Positions 8,014 through 17,655 of a stretch of 64,000 nt of DNA are shown here, piece by piece. Source of the stretch: Stenomitos rutilans HA7619-LM2. GTDB taxonomy: Bacteria > Cyanobacteriota > Cyanobacteriia > Leptolyngbyales > Leptolyngbyaceae. The first letter of the stretch is position 1. Each line of letters opens with the position of its first letter. The notes beneath the pieces are model-generated. The model saw only the letters and a program-made list of their open reading frames with translations, ran no database searches and was not told the origin of the DNA. A program made the translations under genes and the position numbers. The stretch covers positions 2,994 to 66,993 of the forward strand of contig JAHHIE010000027.1 of assembly GCA_019358945.1 (NCBI GenBank), written 5' to 3'.

Positions 8014-10854
8014 ATGCCAGCGATGACAGACGAAGAACTGCTTCAATTAATCAAACAAACTGCAGAGCAAGGGGTTGCTAATTTTGATCTCTCCTTCAAA
8101 AGGCTAACATCACTGCCGATGGAGATTGGCTGTTTACAGAATCTAGCTAAGCTGTCGATCAACCGCAACAAATTGAGTGCGTTACCGCCAGAAATCGGTC
8201 AATTGCGAAATCTAGCTACACTTGATCTTCAAGTCAACCTACTCAATGTCCTAATACCAGAAATTGGTGAATTACAAAATCTAACTACGCTTCGCCTTAA
8301 TAACAATCTACTAAACGAATTGCCGTCAGAAATTAGACAGTTGAGAAATTTGATATTTTTTGATCTTAGTCGTAACTCACTAAACACTCTACCACCAGCT
8401 ATTGGGCAGTTAGAGAGTCTCACTATACTTGATCTACATAACAATCAATTAAACAAACTACCTTTTCAAATTGGACAGTTAAAGAACCTGGCAACGTTTG
8501 ATCTTAGTCGCAATTTACTAAATACGCTGCCATCAACGATTGGACAGTTAGAGAATCTCACGTCACTTGACCTCAGTAATAATCAAATAAGCTTCCTTCC
8601 AGCAGAAATTGGGCAGTTGAAGAATCTCACGTCACTTGACCTCAGTAATAATCAAATAAGCTTCCTTCCAGCAGAAATTGGGCAGTTGAAGAACTTGGTA
8701 ACACTCAATCTTACCAATAATTTGTTGAATATTCTTCCACCAGAGATCGAGCGTCTACAGAACCTGCAAAGCCTTAGCATTAGCTACAACCAATTGCATG
8801 CACTGCCACCAGAAATCGGACAGTTGCGTAATCTGACTACATTGAATTTTAATGAAAACCCTTTAGAATCACCTCCACCAGAAATTTTAAAGAAAGATAT
8901 TCGAGCGATTAAAAGATATCTTAAGCAACTGAAGGTAGAAGGAAAAGATTTTCTCTACGAAGCTAAAATGCTCATACTTGGTGAACCAGGTGCTGGAAAG
9001 ACTTCTTTAGCTAAGAAAATTGAACATCCAGATTATTTGTTACAGGAAAATGAACGTTCCACCGAAGGTATCGAAGTTATTCAGTGGTGTTTTCTTCTGA
9101 TGAATGGCAAAGAGTTTCGGGTTAATATATGGGACTTTGGTGGTCAAGAGATCTACCATGCAACTCACCAATTTTTTCTCACTAAGCGCTCTCTCTATAC
9201 CTTAGTAGCTGATACTCGAAAAGAAGATACTGATTTTTACTACTGGCTTAATATAGTGGAATTATTGAGTGATAATAGTCCATTATTGATCATTAAAAAT
9301 GAGAAGCAGGATCGTAAACGAGAGATCAATGAGCGTCAACTACGTCAGTTCACAAACTTGAAAGAAACCCTAGCAACTAATCTCAAGACAAATCGTGGAA
9401 TACCTGAAATTCTCAACAAAATTCAGCATCACATTAGTACATTGCCGCATGTTGGTGCAGAGCTACCCAAAACGTGGGTCAAAGTACGAAAAACTTTGGA
9501 GCGCAAACGTCGCAACTACATCTCTTTAAAGGAGTATCTCGCAATTTGTCGTAAAAATAGTTTCATAGCAGAGGATGCTCTCCAACTTTGCGGATACCTA
9601 CACGATTTAGGCGTTTGCCTCCATTTCCAAGCAGACGAACTGTTAAGACGAATCGTAATTCTCAAACCAGCTTGGGGTACTGCTGCTGCCTACAAGGTAC
9701 TAGACAATCCCCAGGTAGTTCAAAACCTGGGCAGATTTACCCGTACCGACTTAGCCCATATCTGGCACGAAGACCAGTATGCCGACATGCGAGCAGAGTT
9801 GTTGAAGCTCATGATGAACTTCAAGCTGTGCTACGAAATTCCTGGCGCTCCCGGCACCTACATTGCGCCTCAACTCCTCACCGAGAACCAGCCCGACTAT
9901 ACCTGGGATGCCTCCAACAACCTGATGTTGCGCTATGAATACGAGTTCATGCCCAAAGGGATTCTCACTCGCTTCATTGTGGAGACCCATTCGCTCATTG
10001 ATTCCCAGTCCTATGTTTGGCGCAGCGGTGTCGTGCTCAAACAAGACCAGGCAAGAGCAGAAGTCATTGAACACTATCGCTATCACAAAGGCGAAATCTG
10101 GGTGCGGGTATCGGGCAAACGCAAGAAAGAGTTAATGGCTATTGTCCGGCACGAACTGAAGCAAATTCATGCTTCCTACGGCGATCGTCTTAGAAAAAGC
10201 GAACTTGTACCCTGCAATTGCTCCACCTGCAAAGATAGCCAAACGCCTCACTTCTACCGCCTTGAAGATCTCAACCGTCGCCTCGATAACAAGCGATACC
10301 AGGTTGAATGCGAGCAAAGCTACAAGTCTGTTGAAGTCCGCAGTCTAATTGATGAAGTGATTACCAGAAATTCTGACGACAACAAACCACTGTCCATGCC
10401 ACAACCCACTGTCCGCGATCAAGTTTTCATTAGCTATAGCCATAAAGATCAACAATGGCTGGAAGCACTACAGATTCACCTCAGGCCCATGATCCGCAAT
10501 CAAACGCTCAAACCCTGGGATGATACCCAAATCAAGCCCGGTGCCGAATGGCGCAAAGAAATTACCGCTGCACTCGCCGCTGCCAAAGTTGCAGTCTTGC
10601 TCGTCAGCCCTGACTTTCTCGCATCCGATTTCATTGACAAGAATGAACTACCACCCCTGCTTGATGCGGCAGAAAATGAAGGGCTAACAATTATCTGGAT
10701 ACCTATCAGAGCCAGCGCTTATAAAGTTACCGCGATCGAAAAGTACCAGTCTGCTCATCCTCCCAACCAGCCTTTAGCAAGATTGAACAATGACGATCGT
10801 GATCAAGCCTGGGTAGACATTTGTGAGAAAATTCAAGCTGCTGCTAACTCCTAA
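8014..10854 (+). CDS. Roco-family protein: ~11 LRRs + Roc GTPase + COR + C-terminal TIR domain
   Basis: 23-aa LRRs (LPxEIGQLxNL); GEPGAGKTS, STEGI, IWDFGGQ; COR region; VFISYSH...VSPDFLASDFI..NEL TIR motif. Confidence 0.92.
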   Translation: MPAMTDEELLQLIKQTAEQGVANFDLSFKRLTSLPMEIGCLQNLAKLSINRNKLSALPPEIGQLRNLATLDLQVNLLNVLIPEIGELQNLTTLRLNNNLLNELPSEIRQLRNLIFFDLSRNSLNTLPPAIGQLESLTILDLHNNQLNKLPFQIGQLKNLATFDLSRNLLNTLPSTIGQLENLTSLDLSNNQISFLPAEIGQLKNLTSLDLSNNQISFLPAEIGQLKNLVTLNLTNNLLNILPPEIERLQNLQSLSISYNQLHALPPEIGQLRNLTTLNFNENPLESPPPEILKKDIRAIKRYLKQLKVEGKDFLYEAKMLILGEPGAGKTSLAKKIEHPDYLLQENERSTEGIEVIQWCFLLMNGKEFRVNIWDFGGQEIYHATHQFFLTKRSLYTLVADTRKEDTDFYYWLNIVELLSDNSPLLIIKNEKQDRKREINERQLRQFTNLKETLATNLKTNRGIPEILNKIQHHISTLPHVGAELPKTWVKVRKTLERKRRNYISLKEYLAICRKNSFIAEDALQLCGYLHDLGVCLHFQADELLRRIVILKPAWGTAAAYKVLDNPQVVQNLGRFTRTDLAHIWHEDQYADMRAELLKLMMNFKLCYEIPGAPGTYIAPQLLTENQPDYTWDASNNLMLRYEYEFMPKGILTRFIVETHSLIDSQSYVWRSGVVLKQDQARAEVIEHYRYHKGEIWVRVSGKRKKELMAIVRHELKQIHASYGDRLRKSELVPCNCSTCKDSQTPHFYRLEDLNRRLDNKRYQVECEQSYKSVEVRSLIDEVITRNSDDNKPLSMPQPTVRDQVFISYSHKDQQWLEALQIHLRPMIRNQTLKPWDDTQIKPGAEWRKEITAALAAAKVAVLLVSPDFLASDFIDKNELPPLLDAAENEGLTIIWIPIRASAYKVTAIEKYQSAHPPNQPLARLNNDDRDQAWVDICEKIQAAANS
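8552..8689 (+). repeat. Perfect 69-bp tandem duplication of one LRR unit
   Basis: 8552-8620 is identical to 8621-8689 (AGAATCTCACGTCACTTGACCTCAGTAATAATC...). Confidence 0.92.
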
Positions 10855-10993
10855 CAATGGAACGATCGCCCTTGAGCCAATCATGCAGGGGCGATCGTTA
10901 ATAGCCGTTAAGGGCGATCGTCATACTGTGAAAGGGCGATCGCTATTCCATTTTGGTGGCGGCGATTGTTGAGGCGCGATCGCTTTATGTAAT

Positions 10994-11212
10994 CTAAGCC
11001 GCACTACAGACTGTTGGCTCAGGCAAGGGATCACCAACCGCTTCGTAGGCAATCGTCAAAGATTCTAATGCCTCAATGCCATTGGTGACGGCTGCCTCAT
11101 ACGTATCTCCATGCGTCCGCCACTGCTGCCCAGGAAAATCAGGAAAGCCAACCAGAAAGCAATCGTCTTCGTCAGACCACTGAATTACCATTTGATATTT
11201 GAGTTTAGTCAT
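10994..11212 (-). CDS. hicB: HicB-family antitoxin (short form)
   Basis: YQMVIQWSDEDDCFLVGFPDFPG..THGDTYEAAV..G.EALE; ATG at 11212 overlaps the hicA end. Confidence 0.88.
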   Translation of the reverse strand: MTKLKYQMVIQWSDEDDCFLVGFPDFPGQQWRTHGDTYEAAVTNGIEALESLTIAYEAVGDPLPEPTVCSAA

Positions 11213-11418
11213 CTTGCTCCCTCTCCTTGACTGCCTCAATGGCTGCTTGCACTTCCTTCTCCTGGTAACGTTTTGCGTCCGCTCCATCCCTACCAGAAAC
11301 CGTGGATTTTCCCAGCATACAAAGAATGTACCCAGTTCGTATGACTTCCTTTGCCTGGACGTTCGCTAAAACCAGCTTGTCGCAGCAGTTGCTTTAGCTC
11401 TCGAATCTTTTTGGGCAT
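11205..11418 (-). pseudogene. hicA: HicA toxin, frameshifted (+1)
   Basis: MPKKIRELKQLLRQAGFSERPGKGSHTNWVH... stops early (FW*). Removing one base near 11303 restores ITVSGRDGADAKRYQEKEVQAAIEAVKEREQDD*. Length is 214 nt. Confidence 0.85.
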
Positions 11419-11634
11419 TGCTAAAGTCTAGCGCTTCTCTAATAGCGAGAGAAGTCTAGCATCCGCAGGGACGATCGATCTTGCGCTCCAATCATGCAGG
11501 GGCGATCGTGCATGCAAAAGGTTTAGGCTAAAACTATTTGCAAGGTTACGGATAGGGCAATGGTGCGGATCGGCGATCGTCGGCTCCAGCAGTGTATCCT
11601 GGGATGAGCAACCCGCTTAGAATGAGAACGATCT

Positions 11635-12915
11635 GTGCTTGACCTGAAGCTAATCCGCGAAAAGCCCGACTTGGTGCGCGAGAAACTCAACGCTCGCAAT
11701 GGTATCTATGACCTTCAGCCGCTGTTGCAGTTAGACGAACAACGCCGATCGCTGGAGCAGGAGCGATCGCAGCTTCAGGCGCGGGGCAACGAAATCGGCA
11801 AACAGGTCGGGCAACAGATGAAAGCGGGCGTAAAGCCGGATGATCCAGCCCTACAGTTGCTCAAGGACGAAGGCAACCAGGTTAAAGCCAAATTGAGCGA
11901 TCTGGAACCCCAGGAAAAAGACCTGAAAGCGCAGATCGAAGCACTGTTGCTGACATTTCCAAATTTGCCTGGTGACACCACGCCGATCGGCAAAAACGAA
12001 ACCGAAAATGTGGAAGTGCGTCGCTGGGGCGATGAATATAAACCGCAGCAGGAAGGTATCTTGCCTCATTGGGAAATTGCCGAAAAACTTGGCATTCTTA
12101 ACACCGAACGGGCAACGAAACTGGCTCAAACCCGGTTTGTCGCGCTACTGGGTGCAGGTGCAGCCCTAGAGCGATCGCTGATTAGCTTTATGCTCGATCG
12201 CCAAACCGCCGCAGGCTACCTCGAAGTGCTGCCACCGCTTCTGGTCAATACTCAATCGCTGACGGCCACCGGGCAGTTACCCAAGTTTGCCGAAGAAAGC
12301 TTTCAGTGTAAAGATGATGACCTCTGGCTAATTCCTACAGCCGAAGTGCCCGTTACCAACCTTTACCGGGACGAAATTCTCACAGCCGATGATCTTCCCA
12401 TTCATCACTGTGCCTATACTCCGTGCTTTCGTCGTGAGGCTGGCAGCTATGGGCGCGATACGCGTGGACTTATTCGGCTACACCAATTCAACAAAGTGGA
12501 ATTGGTCAAACTTGTGCGCCCCGAAACCTCTGAGCAAGAGCATCAAACCCTGGTACAAAACGCAGAGGCTATTCTGCAAGCCCTAAAGTTGCCGTATCGC
12601 GTGGTTGAACTTTGCACAGGCGATTTAGGCTTTGGTGCGGCCAAATGCTACGACCTGGAAGTGTGGCTTCCTGCTGCCGGAACCTACCGCGAAATCTCAA
12701 GCTGCTCCAACTTTGGTGACTTCCAGGCGCGACGCGGCAACATTCGCTTTAAAGAAGCAGGCAAAAAGGGCACAGAGTTTGTCCATACGCTAAACGGCTC
12801 TGGTTTAGCCGTCGGTCGCACAATGGCAGCCCTTTTAGAGAACTATCAGCAGCCAGATGGCACTGTTAGCATTCCAGAGGTTTTGCAGCCGTTTTTGGGG
12901 CGATCGGTGCTGTAG
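11635..12915 (+). CDS. serS: Serine--tRNA ligase
   Basis: N-terminal coiled coil; [22 protein letters not shown] and [11 protein letters not shown] motifs. Confidence 0.98.
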   Translation: MLDLKLIREKPDLVREKLNARNGIYDLQPLLQLDEQRRSLEQERSQLQARGNEIGKQVGQQMKAGVKPDDPALQLLKDEGNQVKAKLSDLEPQEKDLKAQIEALLLTFPNLPGDTTPIGKNETENVEVRRWGDEYKPQQEGILPHWEIAEKLGILNTERATKLAQTRFVALLGAGAALERSLISFMLDRQTAAGYLEVLPPLLVNTQSLTATGQLPKFAEESFQCKDDDLWLIPTAEVPVTNLYRDEILTADDLPIHHCAYTPCFRREAGSYGRDTRGLIRLHQFNKVELVKLVRPETSEQEHQTLVQNAEAILQALKLPYRVVELCTGDLGFGAAKCYDLEVWLPAAGTYREISSCSNFGDFQARRGNIRFKEAGKKGTEFVHTLNGSGLAVGRTMAALLENYQQPDGTVSIPEVLQPFLGRSVL

Positions 12916-12943
12916 AGAAGGCCGAGGGCAGGAGGCAGAAGGT

Positions 12944-13332
12944 AATCCTCTCAACTCGACTCTTTGACGTGTAAGCTTGACCGTTCAACCGTTCAACTTG
13001 GCTCTCCGAGTTCAAACCTCAATGCTTCGAGTTCAGTCCTCACGCTTTCAACCTCCAGACTCAACTTTCCGAGTTCCAAGCTCCATCTTTCGACCTCCAA
13101 GCTCGACCTTTCGAGTTCAGAGCTTCGTCTTCCGAGTTTTAAGCTCCATCTTTCAAGCTCCAAGCTCTACTTTCCGAGTTCAGAGCCTCACGCTCCGAGT
13201 TCAGAACGCCATCTTTCGCCCTCCGAACTTGACTGTTCAACCTCTGCACCCCATCTTTCAAGCTCTAAGCTCGACACCTCGATCGCCAAACTAGACACTC
13301 CAAAGTTAAAGCCTGCTTCCCGAACTCAAAGC
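12944..13332 (+). repeat. Degenerate 21-bp tandem array A (~18 units), consensus TCAAAGCTCCATCTTCCGAGT
   Basis: Period 21; reads as SKLHLPS-like heptads in the track ORF 12964-13374. Confidence 0.9.
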
Positions 13333-13340
13333 TTCATCCC

Positions 13341-14810
13341 TCACCCATCCGTTCCCTTCGTCACGTTTGCATGAGCACTACGCTCGACCATCTGGGTATA
13401 GACCGCTTTAGAAATAGCAGGCAGAATCTCGGAGTTCTGGCTGTAGGTGGGATCGGTGCCAAACACGGCAAGGATGTAAGCCACGCTGCCGTCTTTTGAT
13501 TCGATGAAGGCGACTTCGTGGCGGACTTTGGTGGTCATGCCCACTTTGGAGGCAAAGCGCACATCAGCAGGGAGGGGTTCGCCCAAAAAGCCCGCGATCG
13601 CATTATCTGCCTGCTTCTTCCACGATTCTGGATTCAGGTCTCGCGTGAGCAAGCCCATCATTTCCTGGCTGCGGCTGGCGGATACGGCTTTGCCCGCATA
13701 GATTTCGCTCATCAGCCGTGCGGCCTGATCGCTGGTGACCAGGCTCCGAATGGGCTGTTGCTGCTCGTCGAGCATCTGGAGTTCGCGTCCGTTGGGACCA
13801 TCGAGCTTGAGTGAGTAGATGGGGTAGTTTTTCTGGCTGATGCTGAGTCCTTCGTAGCCTGCTGCGCGAAAGAACTGGTTGATCCGCAAACGGTTTTTGA
13901 GCCAGGTCTCGTACTCTGTACCGCCAAGTGAATTGCCAGAAGTTGTTTGGGTAATGCGATCGAAAATGCGGCTGGCTGCATCGTTATCAGAATGAACGAT
14001 CATCGCGATTAAATCGGCATTCAGATTAGCATCGGGCTGCAAAATGCCTTGGTCTAGCTGCGCTTCGCAAACAGCGAGCCAAAAGAGCTTCACCACACTG
14101 GCAGGATAACGGGGTGTGTCTTGCTGATAGCCTGCGATCGTGTTGCCCTTAAGATCGATCAGCGTGATAGATAGTGGCTGCGTATCCAGGGATTTACTTG
14201 CTGCCAGCGCTACAGCACCATCCACGATCGCCTGTAGCTCCTCACTGCGCGGCATAGGGGCCTCGGGCTGAACATTGTAAGCTAACGTCTCAAACGTCTG
14301 CTTTTGCTCGGTCGAAGGGGGATGAATGACTGCCGCTGCCGATGAAGGTTGCAGATTAGGTGAAGAGGATGGCGTTTGAGAAACCTCAGGCTGCGGACGT
14401 AACCGTTGCACACCCCAAAAACCTGCCCCAGCCAAACCAAGCATGGCACTTGCCAAAAGGGCAATCCGCGTTAAGCGCAGCAGACGTGGTGGTAATCGTC
14501 GTGAGGCTGCTTTGCCACGCGATCGCCTCGCCTGCGGGGATTGAGCGCGTTTGAGGCCTGTCTTGCTGCTATCTACGCTCGGTCGCTCAACGGTTGAACC
14601 AATTGCAAATGATCGGGGTTCCCCATGCGATCGCTGAGCCGTTGTGGGTGGCCCTGCTAAGTGCCGTTTCAAGTGTGCCACTTGAGCGCGGAGAGAGGCC
14701 GTTTCAGCCTCCAATCTGCCAATGATGCGATCGGCTCTGGCAAGTTTTGCCTTAAGCTGGGCATTCTGCTGCTGAAACGACTCCGGTTTGTTTTTAAGTA
14801 AGAGGGGCAC
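13341..14810 (-). CDS. Class A beta-lactamase-like serine hydrolase with N-terminal coiled coil and TM anchor
   Basis: SVVK (SxxK), SDN and SKVG motifs; TM segment IALLASAMLGLAGAGFW. Confidence 0.8.
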   Translation of the reverse strand: MPLLLKNKPESFQQQNAQLKAKLARADRIIGRLEAETASLRAQVAHLKRHLAGPPTTAQRSHGEPRSFAIGSTVERPSVDSSKTGLKRAQSPQARRSRGKAASRRLPPRLLRLTRIALLASAMLGLAGAGFWGVQRLRPQPEVSQTPSSSPNLQPSSAAAVIHPPSTEQKQTFETLAYNVQPEAPMPRSEELQAIVDGAVALAASKSLDTQPLSITLIDLKGNTIAGYQQDTPRYPASVVKLFWLAVCEAQLDQGILQPDANLNADLIAMIVHSDNDAASRIFDRITQTTSGNSLGGTEYETWLKNRLRINQFFRAAGYEGLSISQKNYPIYSLKLDGPNGRELQMLDEQQQPIRSLVTSDQAARLMSEIYAGKAVSASRSQEMMGLLTRDLNPESWKKQADNAIAGFLGEPLPADVRFASKVGMTTKVRHEVAFIESKDGSVAYILAVFGTDPTYSQNSEILPAISKAVYTQMVERSAHANVTKGTDG

Positions 14811-15141
14811 GGGAGCTTGGGGTTAGTTGACAGGATCTGGATACTGGTATACCGCAAGTCTTGGCTTCTGGTGCAACTATTTTGCGTCTACACCTTAAGG
14901 ACTAGTACAGCGCATCAAAAGTTCTGCAACGTCGGTTGAAAGATTACTGAGGACTGAGGACTGAGTAGCGCTCAAGCATGTTGCATCATTACCTGTTTCA
15001 AAACGCTAGCAGCAATCACGGCAGGGATTTTGTGCCAAACACCATTTACTGAGTGGTAGCTTCTAGAATAGGGATTACGCATGTTGCACAGGTGCCTTGC
15101 TCTTGCTGTAACTGCAAACCGCCGTTTTATGGGACTTTGGT

Positions 15142-16227
15142 ATGTCAGTTTTGGCTGCGATCGCCGTTTTGGCAATCCTCATTGTGGTTCACGAACTGGG
15201 GCACTTTACGGCTGCTCGTGCCCAGGGCATTTATGCCAACCGCTTCTCCATTGGGTTTGGGCCGATTTTGTGGAAGTACCAGGGGTCGCAGACCGAGTAT
15301 GCCCTGCGTGCGTTTCCCCTCGGTGGCTTTGTCGGGTTTCCTGATGATGATCCAGACAGCACCATTCCGCCAAACGACCCAAACTTATTGAAGAATCGTC
15401 CCGTCCTGGATCGGGCGATCGTCATCAGTGCGGGAGTCATTGCCAATCTGGTGTTTGCCTACTTCTTGCTCGTCACGCAGATCGGCATCGCAGGCACCCA
15501 GGACGTGAATTTTCAGCCTGGAGTTTTGGTGCCAGACGTAAAGACGGAGGTTAGTTCGGCAGCCGCGAAGGCAGGCGTGAAGCCGGGAGACATTGTTCTA
15601 GCCGCCGATGGCAAAGAGCTAGGAGCTTCCAAAGATGCCATCAAAACGCTGATGACAACGATCCAGAATCGGCCCAATCAACCGATCGCGCTCACCATTC
15701 AGCGCGACGGCAAGGTGCTGCCTAATCCGCTTGTGGTTACTCCCGATGCCAATGCCAAGATCGGCGTGCAGCTTTCGCCCAACGTGAAGATCGAACGTCG
15801 TCGTGTGGGCAACCCAATCGAGATTTTGACGATCGCAGCCAGCGAGTTCCAGCGCATTACTGTTCTAACGGTTCAAGGATTCGGTCAACTCATCACTAAC
15901 TTTGGTCAAGTTGCCGATCAAATTTCGGGGCCTGTGCGGATTGTGGATGAAGGAGCCAAACTCGCGCGATCGGATGCCTTCAATCTCTTTACCTTTGGCG
16001 CACTCATCAGCATTAACCTGGCAATCATCAACATCCTGCCGCTACCTGCGTTGGATGGTGGTCATCTCGCCTTCCTGCTCGTGGAAGGTTTACGTGGCAA
16101 ACCCCTCCCCTCCAAAATTCAAGACGGCGTGATGCAGACGGGCTTAATGCTGCTTTTGGGATTGGGCATTTTTCTCATCGTGCGCGATACCAGCCAGTTG
16201 GAGTCGGTGCAGAAGTTGTTCCGGTAG
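15142..16227 (+). CDS. rseP: RIP metalloprotease RseP
   Basis: HELGH, PDZ domain, NILPLPALDGG. Confidence 0.95.
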   Translation: MSVLAAIAVLAILIVVHELGHFTAARAQGIYANRFSIGFGPILWKYQGSQTEYALRAFPLGGFVGFPDDDPDSTIPPNDPNLLKNRPVLDRAIVISAGVIANLVFAYFLLVTQIGIAGTQDVNFQPGVLVPDVKTEVSSAAAKAGVKPGDIVLAADGKELGASKDAIKTLMTTIQNRPNQPIALTIQRDGKVLPNPLVVTPDANAKIGVQLSPNVKIERRRVGNPIEILTIAASEFQRITVLTVQGFGQLITNFGQVADQISGPVRIVDEGAKLARSDAFNLFTFGALISINLAIINILPLPALDGGHLAFLLVEGLRGKPLPSKIQDGVMQTGLMLLLGLGIFLIVRDTSQLESVQKLFR

Positions 16228-16235
16228 AGGTTAAA

Positions 16236-16455
16236 GATGAGGGATGAGGGATGAAATTTTGAATGAACTTAGCGGTCAGCGCTCAGCTATCAGCTTTACT
16301 TTATGATCCTTGTTCTACTGCCTGTCTCTTTCATCCTTTCTCACCCCGTTCTCTGCTTGCCATCACTTACTTTTTCATCCCTCATCCCTTCAGTTTCATC
16401 CCTCCCCTCTCATCCCTCATTCCTCCCCTCTTATCCTTCATCCTTTAGCCTTTCC
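16236..16455. repeat. 7-mer (STRR-type) purine/pyrimidine tract
   Basis: (GATGAGG)n followed by complementary (TCATCCC)n blocks. Similar tracts at ~18200-18280, 19490-19620, 21360-21475, 27517-27615, 29030-29170, 32180-32355, 47330-47390, 51000-51083 and 59860-60065. Confidence 0.85.
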
Positions 16456-16457
16456 CC

Positions 16458-17216
16458 ATGTGTGCAGCACGTAAATTGCCAGCAACGCAAAAGCGGGCGA
16501 TCGAACTCCTATTGCGACTCAAGCACCTCTACCCAGACGCAACCTGTTCGCTGGACTACGAAACCCCGATGCAGCTTTTGGTGGCGACCATTCTGTCTGC
16601 TCAATGTACTGATGTGCGGGTCAATATGGTCACGCCCGCACTCTTCCAGCGGTTTCCCGATGCTGCGGCGATGGCAGGTGCAGACTTGTCAGAGATTGAG
16701 GCACTGGTCAAATCCACTGGCTTCTACCGCAACAAGGCGAAAAATATTCAGGCAGCCTGCCGCATGATCATGACGGAGTATGGCGGCAACGTGTCCCAGG
16801 TGATGGAAGAGTTGCTGAAGCTGCCAGGAGTCGCGCGGAAGACGGCTAACGTGGTGCTAGCAAATGCCTTTGGCATCAATATGGGCGTGACGGTGGATAC
16901 GCACGTCAAGCGTTTGAGCTATCGACTGGGCTTGACGAAACATACCGATCCAATCCGCATTGAGCGCGATTTGATGAAGCTGTTGCCCCAGCCCGATTGG
17001 GAAAACTGGTCAATTCGGGTGATCTATCACGGACGCGCGGTTTGCATGGCACGAAAGCCCCAGTGCGATCGCTGTGACCTTGCCGACCTCTGCCCTTCTG
17101 CTACCCTCTCAGAGAAACCGTTGGCAACGCCAGAACCGGATGATTTAGCCATTACCCCTGAACATCCCACGCCTGCGATCGATCCCTTGACGACTTCAAA
17201 TTTAGTTGGCAAATAG
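16458..17216 (+). CDS. nth: Endonuclease III
   Basis: LVATILSAQCTD, HhH LPGVARKTANVV, VDTHV, Cx6Cx2Cx5C iron-sulfur motif. Confidence 0.96.
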   Translation: MCAARKLPATQKRAIELLLRLKHLYPDATCSLDYETPMQLLVATILSAQCTDVRVNMVTPALFQRFPDAAAMAGADLSEIEALVKSTGFYRNKAKNIQAACRMIMTEYGGNVSQVMEELLKLPGVARKTANVVLANAFGINMGVTVDTHVKRLSYRLGLTKHTDPIRIERDLMKLLPQPDWENWSIRVIYHGRAVCMARKPQCDRCDLADLCPSATLSEKPLATPEPDDLAITPEHPTPAIDPLTTSNLVGK

Positions 17217-17278
17217 CTCGTTGGATTTGGTAACATAGTAAGCTGTGTCTTAAACATCAAAGAGCATCGGAATGACTC

Positions 17279-17581
17279 ATGGCTAAAAAGAGCATGATTG
17301 AGCGCGAGAACAAGCGCAAGAAGCTGGTGGCAAAGTATGCCGAGAAGCGTGCAGACTTGCTGGAGCAGTTTGCAACGGCGACATCACAACAGCAAAAGCT
17401 AACCATTCACCGCCAAATTCAGCAGCTTCCTCGCAACAGCGCTCCCACCCGCGTTCGCAATCGTTGCTGGGTAACGGGTCGTTCTAGAGGCTACTACCGC
17501 GATTTTGGGTTGTCTCGCCACGTTTTGCGCGAAATGGCGCACCAGGGGCTTTTGCCCGGTGTGGTGAAGTCTAGCTGGTAG
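17279..17581 (+). CDS. rpsN: 30S ribosomal protein S14
   Basis: [10 protein letters not shown]...[22 protein letters not shown]. Confidence 0.98.
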   Translation: MAKKSMIERENKRKKLVAKYAEKRADLLEQFATATSQQQKLTIHRQIQQLPRNSAPTRVRNRCWVTGRSRGYYRDFGLSRHVLREMAHQGLLPGVVKSSW

Positions 17582-17655
17582 TGCGGAAAAGAGTTTTGAG
17601 TATTGAGTTCGGTTTTTGCAAAGTTCACTTTGCATCAAGTATTTTTTTAATTTTC

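Larger units (their letters stand above)
10877..11509 (+). repeat. 22-bp direct repeat CCAATCATGCAGGGGCGATCGT flanking the hicAB cassette
   Basis: Identical copies at 10877-10898 and 11488-11509. Confidence 0.85.

Noticed and set aside
8552-8689. Diversity-generating retroelement TR/VR pair
   Set aside because: Copies are adjacent and 100% identical, with no adenine-specific mismatches and no reverse transcriptase in the window.
11419-11634. tRNA or attachment site marking the island edge before serS
   Set aside because: No cloverleaf and no integrase in the window.
12964-13374. Track ORFs 12964-13374, 12977-13294 and 20978-21337 as real heptad-repeat proteins
   Set aside because: Two or more frames are open because the repeat consensus lacks stops. 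Starts are non-ATG or lack an RBS, and array C has no start and ends in a frameshift.
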